A stretch of 63,962 nt of DNA, counting the filler, from Octopus bimaculoides (Eukaryota): assembly GCF_001194135.2 (NCBI RefSeq). It is 6 parts of 5 records of this genome, joined end to end, with 100 filler letters (N's around TTAATTAATTAA, not from the genome) between each part and the next. Parts side by side here need not be neighbours in the genome. Positions count along the whole stretch, not along the records: positions 37,539 to 49,140 come from NC_068982.1; positions 49,241 to 56,879 come from NC_068991.1; 4 more parts are not named here. One strand, written 5' to 3'. Made by a program: the position numbers and the translations under genes. Shown here one piece after another: positions 38,122-52,321 of the stretch; position 1 is the first letter of the stretch; the number at the start of each line of letters is the position of its first letter. Under the pieces are notes generated by a model. It ran no database searches. It was not told where the DNA came from and worked only from the letters and a program-made list of their open reading frames with translations.

Positions 38122-39866
38122 NNNNNNNNNNNNNNNNNNNNNNNNNNNNNNNNNNNNNNNNNNNNNNNNNNNNNNNNNNNNNNNNNNNNNNNNNNNNNNN
38201 NNNNNNNNNNNNNNNNNNNNNNNNNNNNNNNNNNNNNNNNNNNNNNNNNNNNNNNNNNNNNNNNNNNNNNNNNNNNNNNNNNNNNNNNNNNNNNNNNNNN
38301 NNNNNNNNNNNNNNNNNNNNNNNNNNNNNNNNNNNNNNNNNNNNNNNNNNNNNNNNNNNNNNNNNNNNNNNNNNNNNNNNNNNNNNNNNNNNNNNNNNNN
38401 NNNNNNNNNNNNNNNNNNNNNNNNNNNNNNNNNNNNNNNNNNNNNNNNNNNNNNNNNNNNNNNNNNNNNNNNNNNNNNNNNNNNNNNNNNNNNNNNNNNN
38501 NNNNNNNNNNNNNNNNNNNNNNNNNNNNNNNNNNNNNNNNNNNNNNNNNNNNNNNNNNNNNNNNNNNNNNNNNNNNNNNNNNNNNNNNNNNNNNNNNNNN
38601 NNNNNNNNNNNNNNNNNNNNNNNNNNNNNNNNNNNNNNNNNNNNNNNNNNNNNNNNNNNNNNNNNNNNNNNNNNNNNNNNNNNNNNNNNNNNNNNNNNNN
38701 NNNNNNNNNNNNNNNNNNNNNNNNNNNNNNNNNNNNNNNNNNNNNNNNNNNNNNNNNNNNNNNNNNNNNNNNNNNNNNNNNNNNNNNNNNNNNNNNNNNN
38801 NNNNNNNNNNNNNNNNNNNNNNNNNNNNNNNNNNNNNNNNNNNNNNNNNNNNNNNNNNNNNNNNNNNNNNNNNNNNNNNNNNNNNNNNNNNNNNNNNNNN
38901 NNNNNNNNNNNNNNACATACATACATACATACATAAGCATACATACATAGATATAAGCATATATACATGCATACATAAGTATAGGCATACATGTCTGTAT
39001 GTCTATGTATGTAATCATGTATGATTGCTTGAATGTATATTTGTGTATGTTTGTATATGTGCGTATGAAGGTCTACGTTTGTGCGTATACGTGTATGTGC
39101 GTGACACTGCACGCGCGCGTGTACGTATGTGTACGTGTGTGTGTGTACCCGTGTGTGTGTGTGTGTGTGCTTCCATACGCTCGTGATGGTGTGTGAGAGA
39201 GTACTTCTATGTCAGATCGTGCAGTCCGTTGGTGAACACAGCTGCTTCTTGTGAATTTGAATTTAATTGAGAAAGAATTAAGCCTTAACTGTTAATGTCT
39301 TTCGTAGAAGTGGGATGAGGATGGCAATAGGAATGAGCCACAGCAGCTTGGCGTATGGTGGGGGGAACCAGGGGGCGAGCATGCAATAGTCGGCAGTTGG
39401 GACCAAGAAATACACATACTTACGCACACATACACACACATACACTTGAACACACACACACGTATATGTGGTGTGTGAGCGTCTTATTAATACTTTGCAT
39501 GTACCACGTCCTCACGTTGTAGTTTTTTTTCTTGTGTTTTTTCTCCGTTTTTTTTTTGGGGGGGGGGATTAACTATGTATGTATGTATGTTAATGTTTCA
39601 ATTATTGAACTGTTGGACAGTGGGCATGTTGGGTCACACCTTCAAGGATTTAGTCAAGCAAATCGACCCCAGTATTTATAACTTTTTTTAATTTTGGTAC
39701 TTATTGTATCGAACCTCTAGATTACAGGGACGTAAACGAACCAACAGTGGTTGTCGAGTGGTAGTGGGTGTCAAACACAAGCAAAATGGCATACAGAACT
39801 ACACATATATACATATACATCTATATATACGTGCACACGTACATCTATATATACGTTCATATGTAC

Positions 39867-39952
<86 letters not shown>

Positions 39953-40903
39953 NNNNNNNNNNNNNNNNNNNNNNNNNNNNNNNNNNNNNNNNNNNNNNNN
40001 NNNNNNNNNNNNNNNNNNNNNNNNNNNNNNNNNNNNNNNNNNNNNNNNNNNNNNNNNNNNNNNNNNNNNNNNNNNNNNNNNNNNNNNNNNNNNNNNNNNN
40101 NNNNNNNNNNNNNNNNNNNNNNNNNNNNNNNNNNNNNNNNNNNNNNNNNNNNNNNNNNNNNNNNNNNNNNNNNNNNNNNNNNNNNNNNNNNNNNNNNNNN
40201 NNNNNNNNNNNNNNNNNNNNNNNNNNNNNNNNNNNNNNNNNNNNNNNNNNNNNNNNNNNNNNNNNNNNNNNNNNNNNNNNNNNNNNNNNNNNNNNNNNNN
40301 NNNNNNNNNNNNNNNNNNNNNNNNNNNNNNNNNNNNNNNNNNNNNNNNNNNNNNNNNNNNNNNNNNNNNNNNNNNNNNNNNNNNNNNNNNNNNNNNNNNN
40401 NNNNNNNNNNNNNNNNNNNNNNNNNNNNNNNNNNNNNNNNNNNNNNNNNNNNNNNNNNNNNNNNNNNNNNNNNNNNNNNNNNNNNNNNNNNNNNNNNNNN
40501 NNNNNNNNNNNNNNNNNNNNNNNNNNNNNNNNNNNNNNNNNNNNNNNNNNNNNNNNNNNNNNNNNNNNNNNNNNNNNNNNNNNNNNNNNNNNNNNNNNNN
40601 NNNNNNNNNNNNNNNNNNNNNNNNNNNNNNNNNNNNNNNNNNNNNNNNNNNNNNNNNNNNNNNNNNNNNNNNNNNNNNNNNNNNNNNNNNNNNNNNNNNN
40701 NNNNNNNNNNNNNNNNNNNNNNNNNNNNNNNNNNNNNNNNNNNNNNNNNNNNNNNNNNNNNNNNNNNNNNNNNNNNNNNNNNNNNNNNNNNNNNNNNNNN
40801 NNNNNNNNNNNNNNNNNNNNNNNNNNNNNNNNNNNNNNNNNNNNNNNNNNNNNNNNNNNNNNNNNNNNNNNNNNNNNNNNNNNNNNNNNNNNNNNNNNNN
40901 NNN

Positions 40904-40940
<37 letters not shown>

Positions 40941-41279
40941 CGGCCTTCCACACAGTTTCTCACTGCAATAATCATTTACAAGGCAGTGGTCGATCCGCAA
41001 CTGCAGTAGAAGGCACTTGCCCAAGATGCCGCGCAGTGAGACTGAACCCGAAACCACGAGGTGGCAAAGCGAGCTTCTTTACCTCGCAGCCATTATGTAG
41101 TAGTAATAATAGTAGTAGTAATTGCAGCAGTAGCAGTAGCAGCAGCAGGAAAAGATCCCGGAATCCGACCCGTGAGAGAATGAGCTCTCCGTAGGGCCTT
41201 TCGCAAGTTGTAAAATATACACTCTACATATTGGATCGTTATCTGAATTATGATCTTACGAGATCTATACTGGACATAT

Positions 41280-41346
<67 letters not shown>

Positions 41347-41411
41347 CTCTGTCTGTCTGTCTATCTGTCTGTCCGTTTACTTATCTATCTACCTATCTAC
41401 CTCTCTCTCTT

Positions 41412-41442
<31 letters not shown>

Positions 41443-41468
41443 TCCTCTCCCTCTCTCTCTCTCTCTTC

Positions 41469-41509
<41 letters not shown>

Positions 41510-41564
41510 GATATAGATATANNNNNNNNNNTCTCTCTTCCTCTCCCTCTCTCTCTCTCTCTTC

Positions 41565-41605
<41 letters not shown>

Positions 41606-42220
41606 GATATAGATATATATGATATATACGTATATATGTGCGTGAATGTGTATGTAACATATACACATATATATTACTTGCAGCAACACCTACTTTTGCC
41701 CAGGTTCATCGATACCAAGAATAAATAGAATTACATAAATTCATTATGTTTTGAATAAACTGCTTTAAGACTTATAAGAATACGCTGACAATCTTGAGTT
41801 CTTCCTGGAATGTTGATTCACTTCAAGCGAACCAGGAGATTATTGAACTTGTCTTCATAAGAATATTCAAAGAAAAACAAATATGGAATCAAAAATAATA
41901 TTTTGCTCTAACATTTTATTATTATCAGTAAAAATATTTTGTATTTTCAAAATTCTATAATTACTGTAAATGAAGTATGTTTCTAATCAGTTATTTTTTT
42001 TTCAATGTCTATTGTAGTGCTTGAAGCTACAAAATATTCTTCTTATTCTGAAAAGTATGATAATTATCATAAAATGATTGCTAATATATGAACGTCTTAA
42101 ATTGTTGAAATGCTGTGTAAGATTACAGTTACCAGTGTGTAAAACTGTCACCAATAACTTGGAACATACGCACGAACATATATTATAGATAGATAGACAG
42201 ATAGATAGACAGATAGATAC

Positions 42221-42283
<63 letters not shown>

Positions 42284-42329
42284 CATGCATACACACTTAC
42301 ATATATACATACATACATACATAAATAAT

Positions 42330-42990
42330 CAACCAAGTACCTGATGCACAAAAGGGACAGAGATGCAGGAAAAGCAGTAAAATGTAACAACCGATGCAGA
42401 CTTTGTGGAGTTCACAGTGAAGATATCACCCACATCATAAGCAGTCAACCGAAAATGTCATCACGGTATTATCTACCGGTGAGACATGACTTTGTAGCTA
42501 GGACACTCTATAATGAAATCCGTCAGAAGGTTAATCTCGAGGACAAAGAAATAAGAACTCACAATATGGTAGAAGCCATAGCTACTCATAATGAAAAAAA
42601 AATACTGGTGGAATGTACCAGTGAAGACCTCAATAAAATTCAAGCACAACAGACCTGATATAATGATTTGGGATAGAGAAGAGAAACTGTGCACAGTTGT
42701 GGAAAGTAGCTGCCCAGCGGATGTTAACATAAAGCCGAAGATCAGTGAAAAAGAGAACACCTCCGTTGAACTATTGAGAAATCTACAGTTACTCTATCCA
42801 GATTACAAGTTCAGGTTTATTCATGTAACTATGGGGCCCTGGGATATGTAACACATTGCCTACATACCAATCTTGAGAAATTAGGCTTCTCAAAACCAGA
42901 AAGGAGAAAGCTATTCCAGAAGTTTATCATTTAAATATATATGACCATGTCTAGATATGCAACTATATGCATGAGAATACATACATAAAA
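42330..42990 (+). mobile_element. RLE LINE family B 3' portion (E11)
   Basis: CRLCGVHSEDITHIISS...RHD zinc knuckle; KHNRPDIMIWD endonuclease; flanked by (TACA)n. Confidence 0.88.
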
Positions 42991-43026
42991 GATACAAATC
43001 TGCACATGCATGCATGCATACATACA

Positions 43027-43060
<34 letters not shown>

Positions 43061-43169
43061 CATACACATATATACACACACGTAACTATTTATATGGGAT
43101 TAAGCAATACATCCATACGTGTTTGTAGGTATTTATATACATACATGTGTGTGTGTGTGTGTGTGGCGG

Positions 43170-43530
43170 GGGCGTAATGGCTCAGTGGTTAGGGCAGTGG
43201 ACTCGCAGTCGTAGGGTCGCGGTTTTGATTCCCAGACAGGGCGTTGTGAGTGTTTATTGAGCGAAAACACCTAAATATCCACGTGGCTCCGGTGGGGGGG
43301 GGGTGAACCCTACCGTACTCTTTCACTCTTTCTTCCTGTTTCTGTTGTACCTGTATTTGAAAGGACCAGCTTTGTCACACTCTGTGTCACGCTGAATCTC
43401 CCCGAAAACTACGTTAAGGGTACACGTGTCTGTGAAGTGCTCAGCCACTTGTACGTTAATTTCACGAGCAGGCTGTTCCGTTGATCAGGTCAACTAGAAC
43501 CCTCGTTGGAGTAACCGACGGAGTTCGATG
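43170..43530 (+). mobile_element. SINE family S3, full length
   Basis: A box TGGCTCAGTGG, B-box-like GGTTTTGATTCCC, shared S3 tail. Confidence 0.8.
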
Positions 43531-44231
43531 TGTTCAACTAAAACCTTCAAGGGTACACCCCCTCACCTCATCCCACCCCGCCGCCAACATCGCCTCACTT
43601 CAGTGACTGAAACAAGGGACAAAAGAATACATATACATACATGCATACACATATATGTGCATACATTTATACATACATATATGCATATACGGACATACAT
43701 ATATACATACATACATGCATACATACATACATACATACATACATACATACATACATACATACATACGTATACAACAGGAAACTTGGTTGAACACTTGATA
43801 AATTACATAACCTTTACAGGTGTTTCACTAGCGTATATTGTGCGGTTTGTTACATGGATGCTTGCATAATTACTTCAGAATGCCAGATCCTCAGAAGAAA
43901 ATAGTAATTTGATCTATTGTAAATTACCAAACTCAGTAAGCGAGAACTGTCAGTTCATATTTAACTGCTTCGTTGCATGAAATAAGACGCATCCTATGCG
44001 CTCACGAAATTTTAAATCATGTGGACCTGAGTCAAACGGTTATGAAAAATATAATGAACGCCCTACCAAATGTACTGAACGTTACTTTCTTTCGTTTTTT
44101 GTTCACTCGCTCGTATATGCACGTGTGTGTGTACGTATGCATGTCTGTGCGCGTGTGTGCATGAGTGCTTGTGTGCGTGCACACGCATTTATACAGGCAC
44201 ATGTACACATACACACATATTTATCTACCAA

Positions 44232-44296
<65 letters not shown>

Positions 44297-44402
44297 CGAG
44301 AGAGAGAGAGAATGTATATGTGTGTATATATATATGTATATATATACATATATATTATATATATGTACGCATATAATACACACACATACATACATGCATA
44401 CA

Positions 44403-44436
<34 letters not shown>

Positions 44437-45349
44437 CATACATACATACATGCATACATATAGATATAGATACATATAGTGACAAAAATTCGATGTAGTT
44501 CAAATGAAATAGCAGCTAAATGTCCAGAATCTCTTTTGAAAAGCTATCTTTTGTATAAGGACTAAAATTGTTCTCCAATGCATTTATACCGCTCTTGCGT
44601 CTTGGACTTTGTTTCAAATATCATTAGTACATCACTTATATATTTTGATACTTTAGTTTTGTGAATGATGTATATTTAATATAAATTTATTCGATAAGAT
44701 CACATTAACTTATCTTAATTAGATAAGTTAACGTGAAATATGTTCTATTTCATTTGAAGCTATCACAGAACATATTAATATTATTTCTGTTCTTGAAATT
44801 CATTAATTCTTAAAATGATTTGAGGAATGAGTCGAAACCGGAGTGTCGGGAGGTAAACCAGTCATTATAATAAAATCACTCTCACAATGCTCGGAGTGCT
44901 CAGAGGAAACTCACATGTCCATATTTTGTAATTTCAATACATTCTGTGATAAAGAAAGGATATCAAGAGTTGGGAAGAGCCTCAATTTATATGATATGAG
45001 ATCTGTATCCATCACAGTCTCGGGAAATCTGAACATTTTCATATTAACATCTCAGGGTACTCAATGTTTGTTGGTCCTACCAACAAGGATATGAGCAAAA
45101 CGGCCATGGGGTCTTGTACCTCCTATATAAAACGCTTGAAAATACATTTAATTTGGTATTAGCAGAGTCCTATTCCTCATGATGCTTGGCATTGAGAATT
45201 ATTGACTGACATGGCGAAGCTTATGTCTTCTTAAAATTGGAGTCTTCTAAATCATATATGATATGAACAGAATTCTTTCAAAATTATTAACTATCCTTTG
45301 AAACAACTAGTGAAATAAGTCATGTTGTATAAACTTTTCAAACTTTCTC

Positions 45350-45462
<113 letters not shown>

Positions 45463-46449
45463 CATACACACACAAAATAGCATTATTTTAGTCACATATA
45501 TATAGTCAAGTGGTTCCAAAATTGGCCGCGCAGTCGTTAAACAGCATGTTCGACCTCACTGGCAGGTATTTCGATTTTTACTATAGCCTCGGATAGATGT
45601 AAACTTTGTAAGTGTAACTGTAATTCAAAAGACTAGCTTCATCAGAGGTTATGTTATGCTGGTTTAGCCTAAGAATTACATTATGTCTATGCACAATTGT
45701 GGAATACTCAGCGACTTGCATGTTAGTTTAATGAGTTGGAAGTTAATATGACCGAATAACTGAATGTTCATCGTCGAAACCAACAGAAGATGGATCATCC
45801 TCATCACGTATCAGGAATATAAATAATTTGGTGGGGAAGTTCGTTGATTGCATTAGCCCTGTGCATAACTCTGACTTAAATTGTTGACTGCGGGAAATTG
45901 AATGTCAAAGTCAATCCTAATAGGTTTGAACGTACAACTCGACGCAAATGATGTGTCTACATAACGCGAGGTATTCTGCTAACGGATGTAGTTAAAAATC
46001 TATTTCTGACGTTCTAGACTAAGTTTTCTTCTATGAAATTTTGGTGCTGTAAACGAGGAAAAAGGAGAAAAATTACTCGAAGATAGCCATGCAATGGAAA
46101 AATGCTATCAGAGGTTTCGGAATGAAATCATGGTGGATGGACATGAAATTATTGCAGTTGAACAACCCAGACCAAATCTATCAGAGGAAATCATATTCCC
46201 AATACTTCAAAAATGAATTCGAATAATGTATATTCTTCAATTAAATGCTTATCAAATGAATCTTTGAGGTTAAAATTAATTATATATGAATTAATCAAGT
46301 GTACGCTTTGTTTTTTTTGCTTCAATGAGCAACTAAATTTTAACACAATTTATTTTATCCAAGTGGTTTCACCCAATAGATCACTGATCTAAGATTGTAT
46401 ATACGAAGCAGACACGATAGTTTAGCATTTCCTTACAAAACTAAGTGTT

Positions 46450-47347
46450 CCCGGAAGATCAGTAAAGCTCGACGAGGACGTCCTTCAAATCTTGGTGGAA
46501 CAAAATCCCATCGTAACGGTTGAGGAATTAGTAGAGAAGCTTGGATTTGGTCATTCAACCATTCATTGATACTTGCATGCCATCGGAAAAGTCAGCAAAT
46601 TAGGTCAATCGGTTCCTCACAAACTTTCCGAGTCTAATCGCGCGCAGGGAGTGAATATGTGCTCTTCTTTGCTGTTACGTCTCACGAATGAACCTTTTTT
46701 TGGACCGAATAGTGATGGTGACAAGAAATGGGTTCTCTATAAAAACGTCAATCGCCGAAGACAGTGGGTAGGGAAGGAGAAACACCGGTACCCTAGGCTA
46801 AAGAAGGTCTTCATGCACGTAAGGTGTTGTTATCTGTTTGGTGTGATATAAAAGGTTTAGTCCACTTTGAACTTTTAAACCCAAACAAAACGGTAGCAAA
46901 GGAGATCTACTGCGAGCAGCTTGAGCGGCTTAAGTCAGCGCTAGAAGGAAGACGACCATCTTTGGTTTCAAGACGGAAGGGGTTCTTCCATCAGAATAAT
47001 GTTCGGCCACATACAGCGAGGATGACATTCCAAAGGCTGGTGTGATGCCCCACCCACCATATTCACCGGACATTGCACCATCTGATTATCATTTATTCCA
47101 CAGTCTTCAAAATCATTTGGACGATAAAAATATGAATTCTGTAGACAAGATCAGAGCAGAACTGGAGGAGTATTTTTCGTCACGGACAAGTGAATTTTGA
47201 AAGAGGGGCAAGTGTACCAGATAGATGGAAGAGCATTGTAGAAAATGAAGGAGAGTATATTTTAGATTTAAAAAAGAACTTTGTTTATCTTAATTTCGAT
47301 AAATAAAAGAAGTATAAAATGACTGCATTATTTATGGGATAACCCAA
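46450..47347 (+). mobile_element. Mariner (Tc1/mariner, D,D34D-type) transposon remnant lacking its 5' end
   Basis: SVPHKL (WVPHEL-like), DGDKKWVLY, HQNNVRPH and HPPYSPDIAPSDYHLF motifs; right TIR ...gcattatttatgggataacccaa followed by TA. Confidence 0.92.
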
Positions 47348-47680
47348 TAAATTATCTTGTGATAGACATAGAAATCTACGTAATCCGTACTCTAGCAAAC
47401 TATCACCGGTCTAATTTGTAAATCCAAAGTTGAATGACCAAGTAAAATTAGTGTACCGTTAGGGATTGCGCAGATTTCTACATCTATCACAGGTCCATTT
47501 AGTTGGACAAGTTTGTTTTCTTCACAGAGAACTTATAAAGTATTCGCCTAGATATTTAATCTCCTTTTCGTTTGTTGTTTAATTACACATACAAATTTCG
47601 GCGTATCACTCTTATAATGGATGTTATACACTGAGCTGGGATAAAATGAATAAATATCCATTACCTTTGTGTTTCTGATA

Positions 47681-47750
<70 letters not shown>

Positions 47751-49240
47751 TGTCTGTGTCTGTGTCTGTGTCTCTGTGTGTGCGCGCACGCGTGTGTGCA
47801 AATACATATATTAGTTATTGATTGGTAGAATCGTTAGAGGATCGATATTAAGTTATCACCCATTACATTCTAAGTTCAAACAACTTTACAGTTCATTCCT
47901 CTCGGATCGATAAAATATAACAACAGTCAGGAACTGGGGTTCGACCCTAATCAACTATTCCTTCTCGAAAAAAATTGGTCGCGTTGTGCTAACGTTAGAC
48001 AAATAGTACAAATATATCGCTTAATCTTACGTCATCGCTGATTGGATAATGGTGTTGATCTTGTCTTTATGAATTCTAGCGTAATGTTCTTAATTCTAGG
48101 CCATGATCAACTGTTGTTTCCTTTAAACATAATTCATACATAGGACTACACCATCTAATGCGTTCCCCCTTATATTTCTAGACGATAACGTTCGAAATTA
48201 AATAGATTTAACTGATATTCCTGCCAGGTTCAGTGACCGTACATAAGTTCCTTCGTTGATTCAGGACACTAACTTGCCGTTGTCGTTGTTGTTGTTTTCA
48301 TCATAGTCATCGTTGTAACCGCCCGCGTAGAAACTTCCTCACTGGCACGGGACTCCAACTACATATTAGTTAATATTTTACAAGGGAGAGAACTCCCAAA
48401 CACTTTCAAGTTGCGTCTCCTAGTGTGCCTTTTGTTGGTGGGGAGAGCTTTTTTTTTTTCCGGAATGCAATGGAATACAATTATAAAAGCAAACTTTTTT
48501 AGGAAAAAGAATTTTTAAAAAAACGTAATTAAAAAAAAAATTATAAGAAAGCAGTCAAAATTATGTGGTTAGGAAGTCCGCTTCAGAACAAAGTAACCTG
48601 AAAAAAGAAAAAGAAAAACGTCTGAAAAAAGAGATTGTTACGGCCTTTGATCTTCGGTCTCATAATTTTTATACGCAGGCAAGTGAAAACTACATTACTC
48701 GACGGGTCTTCTTCTACGCAGAAGAACAATAGTTCTTAAACGGGCGTTAGCACCCTCTTGTGTGTTAACATAGAGTAGCCCCCTCTTGTGTATTAACATA
48801 GAATCGGCAAATGTTTAAGGTTGATATATGGAGTGTTGCATGTTAAGAGAAGTAGTAATTTTTTTTCGCAGCAGTAAAACACTTAGACTAGGCACCATAC
48901 TTATATTTTATACACATGACGATATGAACATGACCATTGTGTTACCAGTGAGTAGAAATATACCTGATGATGAGCTAAGGTCCAAAAGGATTTCATTATA
49001 CAAGTCACCACCTTTTTGGTAATTACCACCATAATTTAAAATGAGAGCATTGTGCAAATATATGACAGGAGGCACATGCTGCAAGCTGCAAACTGCGTCC
49101 GTAGCTCAATATGCGTTCACGTGAATTGTAGGTGGTACAANNNNNNNNNNNNNNNNNNNNNNNNNNNNNNNNNNNNNNNNNNNNTTAATTAATTAANNNN
49201 NNNNNNNNNNNNNNNNNNNNNNNNNNNNNNNNNNNNNNNN

Positions 49241-49648
49241 CGAGCCCCGATACGAGCCGCGGTCGGTACCGCGACGAGGTCCGACCCGCGAGTTTGCGGG
49301 TCAGATCCGGTGGAACAGTCACGGTCTAGGTGGCCCTCACACCCCAAGGAAGTCCAGACTACTATGTAGGAGTAGCAGCCGTAGATCAGGATGGTCGTTT
49401 TTTCCGACTCGCACCCCGACCGTGGCCGACAGAAAAGCAGACGGTCGGCCGGCGGTTGTCCCGCCGGTCACCGCTGCGTGCCCACAGAGTCGATCGGAAG
49501 CGGTCGAATTCAGAGCGACGACTAGGCGTTCTGCCGAAGAGCTACGGAGCTTCGTCCGTTGCTCTTGTCGTAGCGTACGCCCGTTCTGCCGAAGAGCTAT
49601 TATTGAATTGTGTTTGTTTACAAAACCTTGGTGTAACTAATGGTAACA
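49241..49648. mobile_element. CpG-rich island, possible solo LTR
   Basis: Sharp GC/CpG contrast with the flanks; ends ...GGTAACA; left end hidden in a gap. Confidence 0.3.
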
Positions 49649-51059
49649 TTGTTTGGTGTTAAGTTTTTCATATAACTGCAATACGTTTGTTTGATTATTT
49701 ATGCAAATATATAGATTTCAGACAATATCTGAAACATGTAAAGGGAAGCTGTAAAGTTGTATAAATATAGAAACAAACCTTTTATATTTTCTATAACTTT
49801 TTAATTTCGAATAAGCTTTCCCTCTAGCCATTATTTAGCGTATTTCATTTAATATTCTTTAGCAAATTATTCTCATTTCAAAGGCAGTAATGTACAAATT
49901 ACGAAGTTATTTGCATATAACTGCAATAGTCTTGTTGAAATATATCAGAGTGAAATCTTTATAACTTAACGTATTTAGTTACCGACGATGGACACAAGGT
50001 GATATTTTATTGGTCGCATATACACATCGCTGCATAATCGTTATTATATATAAGTGTAAATGCGTAGACCATCTTCTGATTTTAATCGCGTGTGATGCGA
50101 AAAACCGGAGAATTCGTTATATTTGAATGAAACTAGAGGTTTTGGAAATTATCCTTACGAGTCACACGCACAACCCCTCCTCCCATTACTCTGTCTTTTA
50201 TTTCTCTCCGTCAAAACAAGCAGTAAAGTAGTGTTTGGTCTTTTGTAAACCCGTGACCATACAAACAGAATATAAAATAAATAAAATGTGACACAAACTC
50301 AACCCATTAATTATGTTCAAGAGATATTTCATTCAGACGAAAAATGGTTGGTATTTCATTTTATTAGCTTTAGAATTATGGACCATTTTATAGGTTCAGA
50401 TCTCGACATAATTGAAAGTTACCGAAACAAAATGACACATTTTCGTAAATTTAGCTTCTATGCAAACATTTCAATCATCTCTGTCGTCCTTCTTAGAATC
50501 TTCAAATCAAAGCAGGAATTCTGATTGGTTGAATTTTTTTTTATATTTCATTTTATGTTATTATAAATATATTTTTGTATTTTGGTATTTTTGTTTGTCG
50601 TAATACTATTACTGATGATATAAATCAAGGAATTCTTGGGTGGGGGGGGGCGTGTTTTATTATTGACCAGAATCTGGCTTTGAGACAGTAACTTAATTTG
50701 AACCTATATTATTTGTCTTCTATATTGTCAGGTTATTTTTGTTTAAATTGATATTTTAGAATTTTTATATAACGTCATTAAACTCCCGACGATAACAAGG
50801 ATCTAGCCGACCTTTCCTTTTTCAACCTAAGACAGTTCCTATCATTGATCAGCATTATTTCCTTTTTTCTTTTGTTTGCTTTTATGCTATTGTTTTTGTG
50901 TTTATTACTGCTTTTATTATCTTTCTAATCAAGATACTACGGCAAATAGTTATCGTAGATAACATTAATACTATTAAAAAAGCTAATTTAGTTTGGTTAT
51001 TTTGTTTTGCCGCTGTTGCTACTGTTGTTGTTGTAATTTTTCCTTGTTTAAGGTGGTTG

Positions 51060-51810
51060 TTGATGAATCGCTTGAGCATCGGGTACGTTACGGTTATTTG
51101 TTACTGCATTTTACTTTCCGAGTTCAAATTCTGTCGAGGTCAACTTTGCCCTTTATCATTTCGGGATCGATAAAACTAAGTATCAGTTAAGTACAATCGA
51201 CTAAACCCCTCCCGAGAGTTTATTGTTCTCGTGACTTAATTGGGCCTTTAGATGGTGGCCTAATAGAAAGTTTAAAGCGTCAGAAAAATACTTTGTGGTA
51301 TTTCCTCAGGCTCTTTATAATTGAAGATCAAATCCCGCTGAGATCATCTTTGCCTTTAATCTCTTCACTAAGCCCCTCAACCTATTTTGGTCGATATAAT
51401 CCAGTAAACATCCCCTCCTCTTAAAATTACTAGCCTTGTGCCAAAATCTGAAATAATTAGAAGACAGCTGACCTGTTAGCACGCCGGCTTAACGGCGCTT
51501 CTTCCGGCTGTTTAACGTTCCGATTACAAATAGCACGGGCGTCAAACTTGCCTGTCATCTTTCGGGGTCGAGAAAATAAAGTTCCAGTTGAGTATTGGGG
51601 TCGATGTTATCAAGTATTCGCCTCCCACTAAAATTGCTGAATTTGTCAAACATTTAAGCAATTATTTAAAACCCACTTAGTGTAGTTCACATTAATATCG
51701 ATCGCAAGAAGGCCGCGAGATGGCAGAAACGTTAGGACGCCGGGCTAAATCCTTAGCGGTATTTCGTCTGTCTTTACGTTCTAAGTTCAAATTCTGCCGA
51801 GATGGGATAA
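51060..51810 (+). mobile_element. Cluster of about four tandem SINE S2 copies
   Basis: Repeated S2 head, ttcaaat...gaggtc core and 3' end. Confidence 0.75.
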
Positions 51811-52321
51811 GCTTGCAAGACCTGTCCAAGATGCGGGAGAGACAGGGAAACCGTCCCTCACGCTATTGTTCAGTGTCCGGAGATATCTGAAATGTGGGCT
51901 TATGCTGAACNNNNNNNNNNNNNNNNNNNNNNNNNNNNNNNNNNNNNNNNNNNNNNNNNNNNNNNNNNNNNNNNNNNNNNNNNNNNNNNNNNNNNNNNNN
52001 NNNNNNNNNNNNNNNNNNNNNNNNNNNNNNNNNNNNNNNNNNNNNNNNNNNNNNNNNNNNNNNNNNNNNNNNNNNNNNNNNNNNNNNNNNNNNNNNNNNN
52101 NNNNNNNNNNNNNNNNNNNNNNNNNNNNNNNNNNGTTAATATCATTCGATTTTTTATATTTTATATAATTTTTAAAGTCACATTTTATGTAAACCATTCG
52201 CATTATTGATCCCAATCAGTTGTTTTGTACCATTCTATGTTTAGCCTCCTGTGGGCAATAAAGAAATTGGTATTTCGTCTGTCTTTACGTTCTAAGTTCA
52301 AATTCCACCGAGATGGGGTCG

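Noticed and set aside
39300-39420. GC-rich pocket with a + strand acceptor (KWDEDGNRNEPQQLG)
   Set aside because: Donor is ambiguous, the segment is short and nothing is recognisable; left uncalled.
41440-41620. Direct duplication around a 10-N gap
   Set aside because: Near-identical microsatellite ends on both sides of a minimal gap; most likely unmerged contig overlap.
43170-43245. tRNA gene
   Set aside because: A/B boxes are present but there is no clear cloverleaf, and the sequence continues into a repeated SINE body.
49523-49560. Hammerhead-like CTGCCGAAGAGCT-ACGG-AGCTT in the CpG island
   Set aside because: Lacks the GAAA core and has two core substitutions.
49241-49600. rRNA or ITS fragment
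   Set aside because: No recognisable conserved 18S, 5.8S or 28S motifs.
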